DNA of 64,000 bases from Octopus vulgaris. Its lineage: Eukaryota. The position numbers and the translations under genes are program-made. The stretch spans positions 195,548,001-195,612,000 of the forward strand of contig OX597815.1 in the NCBI GenBank assembly GCA_951406725.2. Reading direction: 5' to 3'. Below are positions 1 through 11,440 of this stretch, one piece after another; position 1 is the stretch's first letter, and every line of letters starts with the position of its first letter. The notes beneath the pieces were generated by a model. The model was not told where the DNA came from and did no database searches. It worked only from the letters and a program-made list of their open reading frames with translations.

Positions 1-50
1 ACACTCACGTGTGTGTATGTATCTATCCACGCATACATACATATAAATAA

Positions 51-129
<79 letters not shown>

Positions 130-136
<7 letters not shown>

Positions 137-700
137 TTAGAGACAAAACCACTATTATGCAAATCAAACAAAGAAAGACTTAAGCCAATACATAAAATAA
201 TTTATATAATTAAATTTAATTAAAATAACCACTACGATCGTTTCGTGTCAGCACTTCTATGAGACATTCTTCAGGTGGTTTCAAAACATAATATCTGTTA
301 CTTGTGTTTTAAGCCCTCTCAGTCAGCGGTCGGTCTTAAAGATCATCTGCGGGCTCATCAACGGAGTGATTGTGCTTTGTGGTGGGGTGTGGTATGTGTG
401 CTGATGGGACGGCTGTTATTACAGGTTTCTGTGAATAGATCATCCATGCTTCTGGTATATCCCTGTTGAAGATGTGCTTCTGTCTTGTTTATTTCGGCAT
501 TGCATATTTGGCAGATTTGTGTTAGGTCTTCTGCGTGTTTGGTATAAGCCTGTTTGGGGTCTGGTTCTGTTCCATTCTTTTCAATATTTTCTGTATTTTT
601 GGTATCTTCTGTTTGTGGATCTGATATTAGTCCATCCATTCTGATGTCATGTACATCCACATATATGTATTGGAAGGTTTGGAGATGATGTACAGGTATT
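130..700 (-). mobile_element. Probable Penelope-like element 3' remnant
   Basis: Flanked by (TA)n, contains the hammerhead at 227-280; the upstream minus-strand ORF 358-660 has no recognisable motif. Confidence 0.45.
227..280 (-). ncRNA. Type I hammerhead ribozyme motif in Penelope-like terminal repeat
   Basis: Minus strand reads AACCAC-CTGAAGA-ATGTC(13 nt loop)GACAC-GAAAC-GATC-GTA-GTGGTT: 6-bp stem I, CUGANGA and GAAA core boxes, stem II, palindromic stem III loop, GUA cleavage triplet. Confidence 0.8.
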
Positions 701-1004
701 ATATATTAGAAGAAATGAGGTAATCAGAAGATCGGATGGTTCATGTTTATAGATATTTATTTATATATTACATTTTCGAAAACCCCACTGGAATGGGAGA
801 AAGCGCTAATAATCTGAACGATATGATCTGAATGATATGATATATATATGTAAAGCCCTTTCTTTGTTGTCAACAACTAGGAAGAACTCAAGAACGCCAA
901 GGCGTGCTTCTGTGGCGAAAGATACATGCACGTATATTCTCATATACATCAATTTAAAAATTTTTATTCTGTATTACTTAATCCCTGTATTCTTTCATTA
1001 TATA

Positions 1005-1392
1005 TTACTCTTTACTCTTTTACTTGTTTCAGTCATTTGACTGCGGCCATGCTGGAGCACCGCCTTTAGTCGAGCAAATCGACCCCGGGACTTATTCTTT
1101 GTAAGCCCAGTACTTATTCTATCGGTCTCTTTTGCCGAACCGCTAAGTCTCGGGGACGTAAACACACCAGCATCGGTTGTCAAACAATGCTAGGGGGACA
1201 AACACAGACACACACACACACATACATATATATACATATATACGACAGGCTTCTTTCAGTTTCCGTCTACCAAATTCACTCACAAGGCATTGGTCAGCCC
1301 GGGGCTATAGCAGAAGACACTTGCCCAGGGACTGAACCCGGAACCATGTGGTTGGTTAGCAAGCTACTTACCACACAGCCACTACTGCGCCT
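1005..1392 (-). mobile_element. tRNA-derived SINE family A (octopus OR/OK-like)
   Basis: Head GGCGCAGxAGTGGCTGTGTGGTAAGTAGCTTG with B-box GGTTCAGTCC, internal TA/CA tract, tail GAAACAAGTAAAAGAGTAAAAGAGTA; matches copies at 4789, 12709, 13525, 34379, 61580. Short internal deletion. Confidence 0.9.
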
Positions 1393-2636
1393 ATATATAT
1401 TTACACATACACACAAACACTCACACACAACGGCACAGACACAGATGCACACACATATTCACGTGAATTCCTTTCTACATCGTGAGTTTCATTTGTTTTC
1501 ACTTGGATGGACAAGCATCATTTATTTGTCAAGTGAATTTCATGATAGCCATTGTGATGGACTAGGCTCAAATGGATGAAAACAGTCCGCCACCCACTTT
1601 CATACAGACTTCATCCAATTTTCAAGTTCCAGATGGGAAGATTAGTGATGAACAGAGAAACGAAAGCTTGTATCAAATTTGAGAAAATTTAGGAAAATTT
1701 GTCAATGAAGTGTTATATGATAAATAATTTCCTTCGTGTTCTTTTGATGAAATGATTGCGTTTGTTTCTAACAAGGCAGCATCTCCACATACCTACGCAT
1801 TGAATATACGTCGCCGTTCCAACTGCTGTTTAGATACATACAGCATTTGATCATGGGTTTTTCTTAGTAAGCATTAAGAAGAAGAGTAGGCTTATGGTAA
1901 TTTATAATCGCATGAAGCGATATGGCCTGTCAATACAGAATCGTAAAAACGATGGAAAGAATTTCGTAGTGGGATATTTACAAAAGAAATAATATCAACC
2001 ATTCCCGAAGTATTGAGGCATTTAGATGAAATCATGTACCACGAAAGTTGAAAGTAACACTGACAAAAATATAGCATTCTAAACAACTCTATCACCATAA
2101 ACGTCGAAAATATTTCCTGTATAATAATGCTTTAATATAAGGCCTAAAGCAGAAATCTTTTCCTGTTTCGTACTTAGTTAAACTTTCATTGAGAAATTGT
2201 AATTCCTTATCGGTAAATGTACCCACAATGCAAGAAAACTATCATTGAAGAATTCTTTCTCCAACATTATGTTAAGTACACATGCAGAAAAAAATCTTCA
2301 GAAATTCCAGCTAATTATATCATTTAACCAACACTTAGATTAAGCACTAGTTATTTCTGGGTTGTATTAAATAATGTTGTAAATATAAAAACAAACATGC
2401 GTGTGTGTGTGTGTATGTTCGTCTTCCTGATTGTACATTGAGGTAAGTTGGTACGGCTGTATACATACATATATATATATATAAATTTGTCCGTGTGTGT
2501 GTGTTATATATAAATATATATAACTAATGTAGGATAAAATTCTTTTCGGGAAATAATTTTTATCAATGACCAGCATATCAAAAAATACCTTTAAAGGTTA
2601 AATTTATAAAATAATTTACAAAATAAGGACAAAAGA

Positions 2637-2851
2637 AAAATTCTAATGCCAAATATGCCGAAAAAAAGACAAAATTGTCAATAACCATTATAATTTATAG
2701 GGAAAATTCTTATGAATTAACCCCGAAATTGGGACCAATACGGTAATAACGGATTTTTTAGAAATTTCTATCGGTTTGTTTCGAGACGCATAAATTATAA
2801 TGGTTATTGACAATTTTGTCTTTTTTTCGGCATATTTGGCATTAGAATTTT
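2637..2851. repeat. Inverted repeat with ~62-bp arms (Penelope-like terminal repeat hairpin)
   Basis: AAAATTCTAATGCCAAATATGCCG...ATAATTTAT at 2637-2698 is the reverse complement of 2790-2851. Confidence 0.85.
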
Positions 2852-2852
2852 G

Positions 2853-2883
<31 letters not shown>

Positions 2884-3487
2884 ACTCGCTTTGAAGTTTT
2901 GCATTCGGTACAATTTGTTTATTTTAGTAGTTTTGACTGTAAAAGCCCCTCCTAGCGTGCGGTACCTATGAATAATAGTACCCTCTATATAATATAAATA
3001 AGTATTTTCAAAGTTGAAAAAATTTACTGATTTTTCTCTTACGAGGTTTTTCACGCTAACTACTTGATAATTTCTTAGAAAGATTTTATCCTATTTTAAA
3101 ATTTATATTTTTCACCGGAATAGTTCAATACTGAATTTTTGTTCCGAGTAGGCAAGTTGGTACCGAAATGCATTGCGAAAAAGCCCGCCATTTTCATAGA
3201 TATGTAAAGATAAACATTCGTACAGGCTGCAGCGAATTCTACGGTTGGTTGTCGGGTATGTGATGTTGTGTTTTTTCTTACATGTCTTGAGTTCGTTGCA
3301 CTGAAGAGCATAGAATGCATATTCTGCATTGATTGCGAAATCACAGGTGATATGTAATTAAATTATGTTTTTAAATAACTCGCTTTGAAGTTTTGCATTC
3401 GGTAAAATTTGTTTATTTTAGTAGTTTTAACTGTAAAAGTCCTTCCTAGCGTGCGGTACCTATGAATAGTAGTACCCTCTATATAAT

Positions 3488-3490
<3 letters not shown>
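2884..3490 (+). mobile_element. Penelope-like pseudo-LTR with ~110-bp direct repeats
   Basis: ACTCGCTTTGAAGTTTTGCATTCGGTA...GTACCCTCTATATAATATA occurs at 2884-2997 and 3379-3490, with a hammerhead between the copies. Confidence 0.65.
3296..3357 (+). ncRNA. Type I hammerhead ribozyme motif
   Basis: TTGCA-CTGAAGA-GCA...TGC-GAAA-TCAC AG GTGA-TA-TGTAA: stems I, II, III all pair; AUA cleavage triplet. Confidence 0.75.
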
Positions 3491-3558
<68 letters not shown>

Positions 3559-3635
3559 GATGAATAGACAGACTAATTTTATAATTCTTCCTTTTAAGTA
3601 TATATAAATATTTTGGGTATAATTGTATTTGTTAA

Positions 3636-4015
3636 TACCCGTTGCCCGGGTTTGTAAGGGAAATAACTATATAAGCATTTTTAGAGATGTAAAGTATAAT
3701 AGCCATCTCAATATGGCTAACCACAAAGTGGCGTGTTACTGTAGCTTTTTACGTTCTGAGATTTAATAATACATTTTTAGAGAGTTACTTCCCATATATA
3801 ATAGCAAAAAAATGCATTAAAAATGGGAAAAATTATGGTAATTATTTTTTAGATCGTAGACTCATCGTAGACGCGCGCTAATACCCAGAAGGGCTCGATA
3901 TGAATCACGACTATAAGATACCCGCTTTTGGTTACACTGCACCGCAAAATGTGGGAGTAGTTAGGAATCTAAATCGTAGGAGACAGACACACAACCTTAC
4001 TTTTATATATAAAGA
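3636..4015 (-). mobile_element. Non-autonomous Helitron (3' end degraded)
   Basis: Homologous to 60185-60583; minus strand begins a|TCTTTATATATAAAAG. Confidence 0.75.
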
Positions 4016-4788
4016 TTTCTATCGGTATCTTTGCTTCATTATTAATTTTAATTATCAAAGTTCTCACAAACTACTTAATCTGCTTTATATCATTGTATTA
4101 TCGCCGTGTATTAATTCTGTATTGTTTAGTGTACAACTACCTCTAAGCATCCTAATAGTTGATGCAAGATTCTTAATATTGCCGTCGGTTATTATGAATC
4201 ATTATTTCTTCTATATCTATACTTTCGTAATTAATACACTCTCACCTATACGATTTAGGTAATATTATCTCCCACTCTCATTACTGTCGCCACCAACTCC
4301 CGTTATAACCCCAAACTCCTAATTAAGTACTTACTCTTTCTCTTCAATTTAAAATAAGTTTTCGTTACCTTATTTTTGAATGCTTAATTGCCTTAAGTGT
4401 TCTTTATCTTTATTTCATCCCCATCTAAAATCTTAGTACATTAAAACTGGCATAAAATAAAGTAAAATGAATAGCAATGAGATACATATATAATTAACTC
4501 AAACATTATCTTGCAAGATGTGATAACGAACCAGACAGCCTGGCTCTTTTCTCTCCCCTACCCCTAACATGCTCACTAACTGCCCTCTTGTCTATAAATC
4601 TTTTACGCTCCCTACTAACTAACTAACCTCTTAGTCTTATCTTTTCTTTGCTTTTTTTTTCCCCCTCGCATTCCAATCCAGCCTTGGCTGCAATCAGGTT
4701 TGGTTTGCCTATTTAGTTGTTCTTGGGCTGTTTCAAATGTTATGTATAATCGGAAGAAAGCGGTTGTTTAGTTATAATGTTATGTAAT

Positions 4789-4995
4789 CTTTTACTCTTT
4801 TACTTGTTTCAGTCATTCGACTGCGGCCATGCTGGAGCCCCGCCTTTAGTCGAGCAAATCGACCCCGGCACTTATTCTTTGTAAGCCCAGTACTTATTCT
4901 ATCGGTCTCTTTTGCCGAAACGCTAAGTGACGGGGACGTAAACACACCAGCATCGGTTGTCAAGCAATGCTAGGGGGACAAACACAGACACGCAA

Positions 4996-5047
<52 letters not shown>

Positions 5048-5209
5048 GATGGGCTTCTTTCAGTTTCCGTCTACCAAATCCACTCACAAGGCATTGGTCG
5101 GCCCGGGGCTATACCAGAAGATACTTGCCCAAGATGCCACGCAGTGGGACTGAACCTGGAACCATGTGGTTGGTTAGCAAGCTACTTACCACACAGCCAC
5201 TCCTGCGCC
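4789..5209 (-). mobile_element. tRNA-derived SINE family A
   Basis: Full-length copy with head, GGCAxCTTGGGCAAGT core, internal microsatellite and AGTAAAAG tail. Confidence 0.92.
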
Positions 5210-5736
5210 ACTCATTAATCTATTTAAAAAAAAACCTGCTGGAAGACAGCTATGTAAGCTACAGATAAAGAGCGACTATAAAATATTTTTACACAGGAAC
5301 TATACTATACCATAATGATAATAATAATATATATGTACTCCGACGTAAAGTGACGTTTACCCAAACAATTGACTGAAAAATGACAAGCTAACACAGGCCA
5401 GAATCGAACCCAACAAACAAGGCTTATACGGCTCCTTGCGCATCCAACTCGACCAACACACTCACCCATCAAATTCAGCTAATTATATGTATAACTACAT
5501 AATTGTCTAATACTACATATAATGATGTAAACAAACCGGAAAGCTTTGTAATTTACGGGGAAAGAGCGACAACGAAAGTTAGCCCAAACGGTTTCGCAAT
5601 ATTCCGTGTAAGCGCTGGTTTGTGGGATCGAACCTGGCCTAGGTTGCATCGTCATTTTCCAGTCAATTGTTTAGATAAATGTCGCTTTAAATCAGCGTAT
5701 ACATTTCATGATATATTTAATAGAGTTATTATTGTG

Positions 5737-5746
5737 TATCTATCTT

Positions 5747-5830
<84 letters not shown>

Positions 5831-5850
5831 GGTAACTATCTATCTATCTA
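5737..5850. repeat. (TATC)n microsatellite
   Basis: Directly visible tetranucleotide tract. Confidence 0.95.
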
Positions 5851-5879
5851 TATGTATATATAGATGTGACCTCGAATGT

Positions 5880-6081
5880 GACCTCATGAGTACCACCGGC
5901 GATTTTTTTATTTTCCTCTGTCTTCCCTTCTCGGGATCTTTCCTACTCCTATCTTTCCGACGAAGAGCTCCGCTCGAAACGTTAAACCCTCCTTCTTCCC
6001 TTCTTTCCTGAGCGTCCAATAATACTGTATTTGCTCCACGTCCTTGCGTTGTTGTGTTTTTTTGTTTTCTTGTTTGGATTA

Positions 6082-6085
<4 letters not shown>
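5880..6085 (+). mobile_element. Penelope-like terminal repeat with minimal hammerhead-like motif
   Basis: TCTTT-CCGACGA-A-GAGC TCC GCTC-GAAAC-GTT-AAA at ~5952-5986, same layout as the motif at ~57181-57218. Confidence 0.5.
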
Positions 6086-6149
<64 letters not shown>

Positions 6150-6675
6150 AAAGATATACCACCATATATATATATCTTCCTGATTATTTCTTTCTGTCTT
6201 CCTCTTGTTCTTTATCTATGGCAAACTATTTAAGGAGATAATTTCGTGTGGCATCGTCTGTTGATTGTTTTACACATATAAAATCACATATAAATCTGGA
6301 TAAGCCTCCGTATCTCTTTATTCTCTTCATTGTTCCGGAAATGAGAGAGTCAATCCACGTTGCACGTCTTTGTTAGTTTTCCCTCCTGAGTAAATGTTTT
6401 TTTTTTCCATGATATAACCGACTGTTTTTTCAACAAAAAAAAAAAAAATCAGAAAGAAATGTAACGAATCTTAACCGAAATGTTTTCTTTCTGTATGAAA
6501 ATACCCCACATTGAACATTCCCTATGCTGGGTCTGGAACATACTTTGGATCGTTAATCTGCATACCGTTGTGCATGAGTAATTGCTGGCGTATACATACG
6601 GACGTTTGGATCTCGACACTCGCTTAGTCTCGTTAACATTACAATATCTTCATGAAAATGTATCCTACAAATAAT

Positions 6676-6710
<35 letters not shown>

Positions 6711-6852
6711 AAAAAATACAAACTAGGACAAGAATGCAAAACATTTAGAAGACGATACAAAAAACACGGACGGGACATTCGAAGCCTTCAATCTTCAGTC
6801 AAGAACCGGATCATCCTCGCAATTTCGGCTGATTAATATGTGTGTGTGATTA

Positions 6853-6905
<53 letters not shown>

Positions 6906-6934
6906 TGCGCACGTATGCATATATATATATATGT

Positions 6935-7224
6935 ACAAAGGCGAAACATAACGCCTCCTCAAAATAATGGTAGGGTAACATTGCAAAGCTGTGACACGAA
7001 GAGATATTGATAAATCGAGTATAGCTGATCGTGTATGGGAAAATGGAGACCACTAAGCCTTGTGGGATGAAGTTACGATGATATACAGGGAACACCAAAT
7101 ACGAAAACTAAAAGAGACAGCACGTATGCTAGGACATAATAACCTCCTAAGCAGATCTAGTGCAGATATGAACAGTATATGGGGACCGGTATTAAGGAAG
7201 GATAGGAAAATATTAGATTTATAA
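6935..7224 (+). pseudogene. Penelope-like element GIY-YIG endonuclease C-terminal remnant
   Basis: Read through stops: YKGET*RLLKIMVG*HCKAVTRRDIDKSSIADRVWENGDH*ALWDEVTMIYREHQIRKLKETARM, matching the PLE pattern YIGET-R-L-R-EH...KSAIAEH...W..V.I...E...RK.KE. Confidence 0.75.
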
Positions 7225-7246
7225 GCCCTAAAATTCACTCCATAAT

Positions 7247-7316
7247 TGCCCACGGCGTAGTGGTTAAGAGCGCGGACTACTAACGGCAAGATTCCGAGTT
7301 CGATTCTAGGCTGTGA

Positions 7317-7320
<4 letters not shown>
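7247..7320 (+). other. tRNA-like cassette (pol III A/B boxes) within a repeat; not a functional tRNA
   Basis: CGGCGTAGTGGTTAAG (A box), CTACTAA loop, GAGTTCGATTC (B box); homologous copies at ~50350-50422 (+) and ~44208-44270 (-). Confidence 0.7.
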
Positions 7321-7349
<29 letters not shown>

Positions 7350-7350
<1 letters not shown>

Positions 7351-7535
7351 TACATCGAAAAATACCTTAGGAATGATAATATAGGTTCGAAATTTCCCAA
7401 AGACACCTCTTGAAGGGTGGAGGGTATATCAGCCGAAACGTTGTGTTAACAAGAAATAAGATGAGGACAAATATCCGTCAAATGTTAAATAATGTAAATA
7501 ATGTGCATAATTCCTCATCTCATATATAGAACTAT
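7350..7535 (+). mobile_element. Penelope-like terminal repeat with degenerate minimal hammerhead
   Basis: ACAC-ctcttga-AGGGTG..CAGCC-GAAAC-GTT-GTGT; related copies at 37221-37345 (GATGAAGGCTG..CGGCCGAAAC) and 42860-42965 minus (CTGATGAAGGCTG). Confidence 0.6.
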
Positions 7536-7790
7536 ATGTACACACATGTATGTATAGCTGGATGGAGAGATGTAACTCTGTGTTTGTGTTTTACGTTTCT
7601 CCCTGCTCACAGTTTAAAAACCAGACTGAGTGTATAAAAACGGTCGCACTTTTATTTAAACAAGTAACAGACAAAAGTAAGCTATAAATCTAACAAGTAA
7701 TATTTACGATTCGCCATTCTTATCATCCTATTGAATACATACAAACAAACGCACACATTTACACACATACGTGTATCTATGTATGAATGA

Positions 7791-7841
<51 letters not shown>

Positions 7842-7847
7842 TGTATG

Positions 7848-7879
<32 letters not shown>

Positions 7880-7916
7880 CATGTATGTATGTATGTATAT
7901 GTATATATATATATAT

Positions 7917-8393
7917 TTATTTCTTTACTACCCACAAGGGGCTAAACGCAGAGGGGACAAACGAGGACAGACAAACGGATTAAGTCAATTACATCGACCC
8001 CAGTGCGTAAATGGTACTTAATTTATTGACCCCGAAAGGATGAAAGGCAAAGTCGACCACGGCGGAATTTGAACCCAGAACGTAACGGCAGACGAAATAC
8101 GGTTACGCATTTCGCCCGGCGTGCTAACGTTTCTGCCAGTTCGCCGCCTTGTTATATATATATTTCTTTATTACCCACAAGGGGGCTAAACATAGAGAGG
8201 ACAAACAAGGACAGACAAACGGATTAAGTCGATTACATCGACCCCAGTGCGAAACTGGTACATTTATTTATCGACCCCGAAAGGATGAAAGGCAAAGTCG
8301 ACCTCGGCGGAATTTGAACTCAGAACGTAACGACGGACGAAATACCGCTAAGCATTCCGCCCGGCGGCTAACGTGTCTGCCAGCTCGCCGCCT
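7917..8393 (-). mobile_element. Two tandem tRNA-derived SINE family B copies (Nin/Deu-domain-like core)
   Basis: Head GGCGGCGAxCTGGCAGAxACGTTAG, B-box GTTCAAATTCC, core GCCTTTCATCCTTTCGGGGTCxATAAAT, tail GTGGGTAxTAAAGAAATA; copies 7917-8149 and 8161-8393. Confidence 0.9.
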
Positions 8394-8499
8394 TGTTATA
8401 TATATATATACATTTAATAACAGTAAGATGCAGATCTAATCAACTTGTACATTTATAGGCTCATAGAACAAATATATTGCCTCAGGAATCTAGAGTGGG

Positions 8500-9150
8500 T
8501 AAAATGGGTATGGAATTGTTTCTACAAGATGGGCTTCAGTTGGGCAATTTCGTGATGCTACGAGAATTCTTTTGTTTATTCAGAGGCCACCTGTATTCTG
8601 TAGAATCCCACAAAGACGGTCGCCTGTCTTCAACTTTTAAATACTATTGAATTTAGTTACTCCCAGGATCTGTAGTCAAGAAACCTTCTTCAATTTGACT
8701 GATATCCCCTTTAAAATCATATCAAATATATATAACGCCCACCAATTATATTGGATTACATATCATCCTACGAGCAACTGTATCGAATGCATCGGAAAAC
8801 GTGAGATATATGATGGTTGAGTATTTGAGCTGGCATTTCAGTAGGATTTCATAAGGTTCTAGCAGCTGTGTGAAGCAGCTCCTCTCTGCACGATCCTGAG
8901 CTGCATGTTTGAAGAAACGTGATCGGTTTCGTTATGACTATGCGTTCCTTTGTAATATTAGAGAGATAGGCTTGTAACTTTAAGCATCTGCGTTGCTTCC
9001 TTCTTTGTGTGTATATCACATTACGACGCTTTTCCACCTTTTGGAAAAACTTAACACACGGAAGCTAAACCTGTCGTTAGAAGACCAGCTATGGCCATGG
9101 AGAATAAAGGTTATTCACTTTTTACTGCCTATTCAGAATGATATGTATAG
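8500..9150 (-). pseudogene. Degraded CR1-clade LINE reverse transcriptase fragment
   Basis: Minus-strand pieces GSNADA*SYKPISL, KERIVITKPITFLQ, RAERSCFTQLLEPY..IIYLTFSDAFDTV match the CR1 RT motifs NYRPISLTS / GFRxGRSCLTQLL / VIYLDFAKAFDKV. Confidence 0.75.
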
Positions 9151-9553
9151 AATATTTAAGGTACAAAAGAGGATTCTGAATAGGTAAATGGATTATATTG
9201 TACAAAATAACGCACATAGTTTCGTAAGCAAAATTTCAGCCAATCATGATACATTTTGCTACACACAAAATCAAATAAAATTATTGCATGTATCTGTTTT
9301 TAAAAACAGGAACATACATACTCGCGCACACCCACGAACATATACATGTGTCTAGGCGTACGTTAGTTCGTGTGCGCGCTTCTGTGTGTTTGAGTGTGTG
9401 TTAATATTTCCTTTTATGGCTAGTTAGAAAATGTACACAATTTTGCATTAATCTGTTGGGTTTCTGTATTCTTTTGTAGAGACCAATTTTCTTCATTCTT
9501 ACAAAAGAATATCATTGATAGAGATTTGAAAGTTTCGACCAGTTAATGCCATA

Positions 9554-9612
<59 letters not shown>

Positions 9613-9667
9613 GGAGATGTACGCGCATAGCAAGTGATTTGATCTGAGATCGTGTGCTGAAACGAAA

Positions 9668-9929
9668 ACAATTGCAGCGTGGAAGGTGTTTGTAAGCCAT
9701 TTAAGAAACACACAAAAGCCGTTCGATTCACTTCAACATTTAAGTTTAATTTCTCAAAATATTTTCGTCGCTAAAATCCGCGACCTGTTCACGGATTTTT
9801 GTCAGTGAACATGTCGCGGACTTTAGCGACGAAAATATTTTGACAAATTAAACTTAAATGTTGAAGTGAATCGAACGGCTTCTGTGTGTTTCTTAAATGG
9901 CTTACAAACACCTTCCACGCTGCAATTGT
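9668..9929. repeat. Near-perfect palindrome, ~125-bp arms, 12-nt loop
   Basis: ACAATTGCAGCGTGGAAGG...TGTTCAC / GTGAACA...CCTTCCACGCTGCAATTGT, embedded in (TA)n. Confidence 0.9.
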
Positions 9930-9932
9930 ATA

Positions 9933-9975
<43 letters not shown>

Positions 9976-10149
9976 CTTTAGTTAAGTATATTCAATGAGA
10001 ATATTATATACTGAATTTTAATTGGAGTGCTCTATCGTATCAAAGTATTAATACAATTAAAGTATTTATGCATTTCATACGAGCGATTATATATATGTTA
10101 TTATATATAATATATAATATAATATAATATATTATATAATATAATATAT

Positions 10150-10229
<80 letters not shown>

Positions 10230-10230
<1 letters not shown>

Positions 10231-11140
10231 TGGCCCGTAGCAAACAAGCTGATGTTCACCAGAAGCAAACCCATCAGTGGCTACGGAGCTCAGGGCTAAA
10301 AGCAGAGAGCGAAGATTTCATCCTGGCTGCTCAAGATCAAAGCCTATTAACCCGGAACTACTAGGCCAATATGATGAAAAATGGAGCAGACACAAAATGC
10401 CGATTCTGCAACGACATGATTGAAACAGTGGACCACCTAATCTCTGGATATAAAGTCTTAGCACCAGTGGAGTATAAATTAAGACATGGCAGAGTTGGCC
10501 AATATCTACACTGGTTAATAAGTCAGCATTACAATATCAAAATTGCCGTCAAGTGGTATAATCACAACCCTGAAGCTATAACTGAAGGAGAAAATGTAAC
10601 GATTCTGTGGGACTTTCCAGTACATACAGACCGAGCCATCAAAGCCAATAAACCAGATATTGTTGTGAAAGACCAAAACAATAAAGTTTGCTTATTGATC
10701 GACATGAGCATCCCCTGTGATCATAATATCTCGGCGAAAGAATTTGACAAGCTCAGAAAATATAAGGACCTGCTCATTAAAATTGAGAAAATGTGGCATC
10801 TCAAGGCGGTTACAATTCCAGTGATCGTAGGAGCACTAGGAATGATCAAGAAGGGAACCGAAAATTATATGAGAATGATTCCTGGCTTACCATCCCTGCA
10901 AGAAGTGCAAAAGATTGTCTTAACTGGTACATCACACGTATTGAGAAGACCATTGTCGATGTGAGAATTATTACTAACCATGTATTTTTAATTTAACTTT
11001 ATTTCTATAAAAAAAAATGAACGAACTAGTGAGTTTAGCTTAATGGCCTACCGATATATACTATGAGTTTCTTTGCCCTAGGAGTCGGGAAGACACTCGG
11101 CAAGAAATGGAAGCAAATTTGAAAGAAGAAGAAAAAGCCA
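10230..11140 (+). mobile_element. 5'-truncated R4/Dong-type non-LTR retrotransposon (CCHC knuckle + restriction-like endonuclease + 3' UTR)
   Basis: WLRSSGLKAESEDFILAAQDQSL, CRFC...ETVDHLISG, ILWDFPVHTDRAIKANKPDIVV...LLIDMSIP...KLRKYKDL...IPVIVGALG; flanked both sides by (AAT)n; in-frame stop near 10362. Confidence 0.92.
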
Positions 11141-11142
11141 TA

Positions 11143-11219
<77 letters not shown>

Positions 11220-11220
<1 letters not shown>

Positions 11221-11378
11221 CATGTATTTTAAGTTAACTTAAAAAAAAATTTTTTTAAATGAACGAACTATTGAGTTTGGTTTAATGGCCTACCAATGTA
11301 TACTATGAGTTTCTTTGCCCTAGGAGTCGGGAAGACACTCGGCAAGAAATAGAAGCAAATTTGAAAGAAGAAAAAAAA

Positions 11379-11380
<2 letters not shown>
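11220..11380 (+). mobile_element. Second R4/Dong 3' UTR-only insertion
   Basis: Near copy of 10979-11135 (GCCCTAGGAGTCGGGAAGACACTCGGCAAGAAAT), between (AAT)n tracts. Confidence 0.85.

Positions 11381-11440
<60 letters not shown>

Noticed and set aside
1187-1579. Recurrent MLGGQTQT / MTTDAGVF ORFs
   Set aside because: Incidental frames within SINE family A.
7247-7320. Functional tRNA gene
   Set aside because: Acceptor and anticodon stems pair poorly, copies are diverged, and it is embedded in a repeat family.
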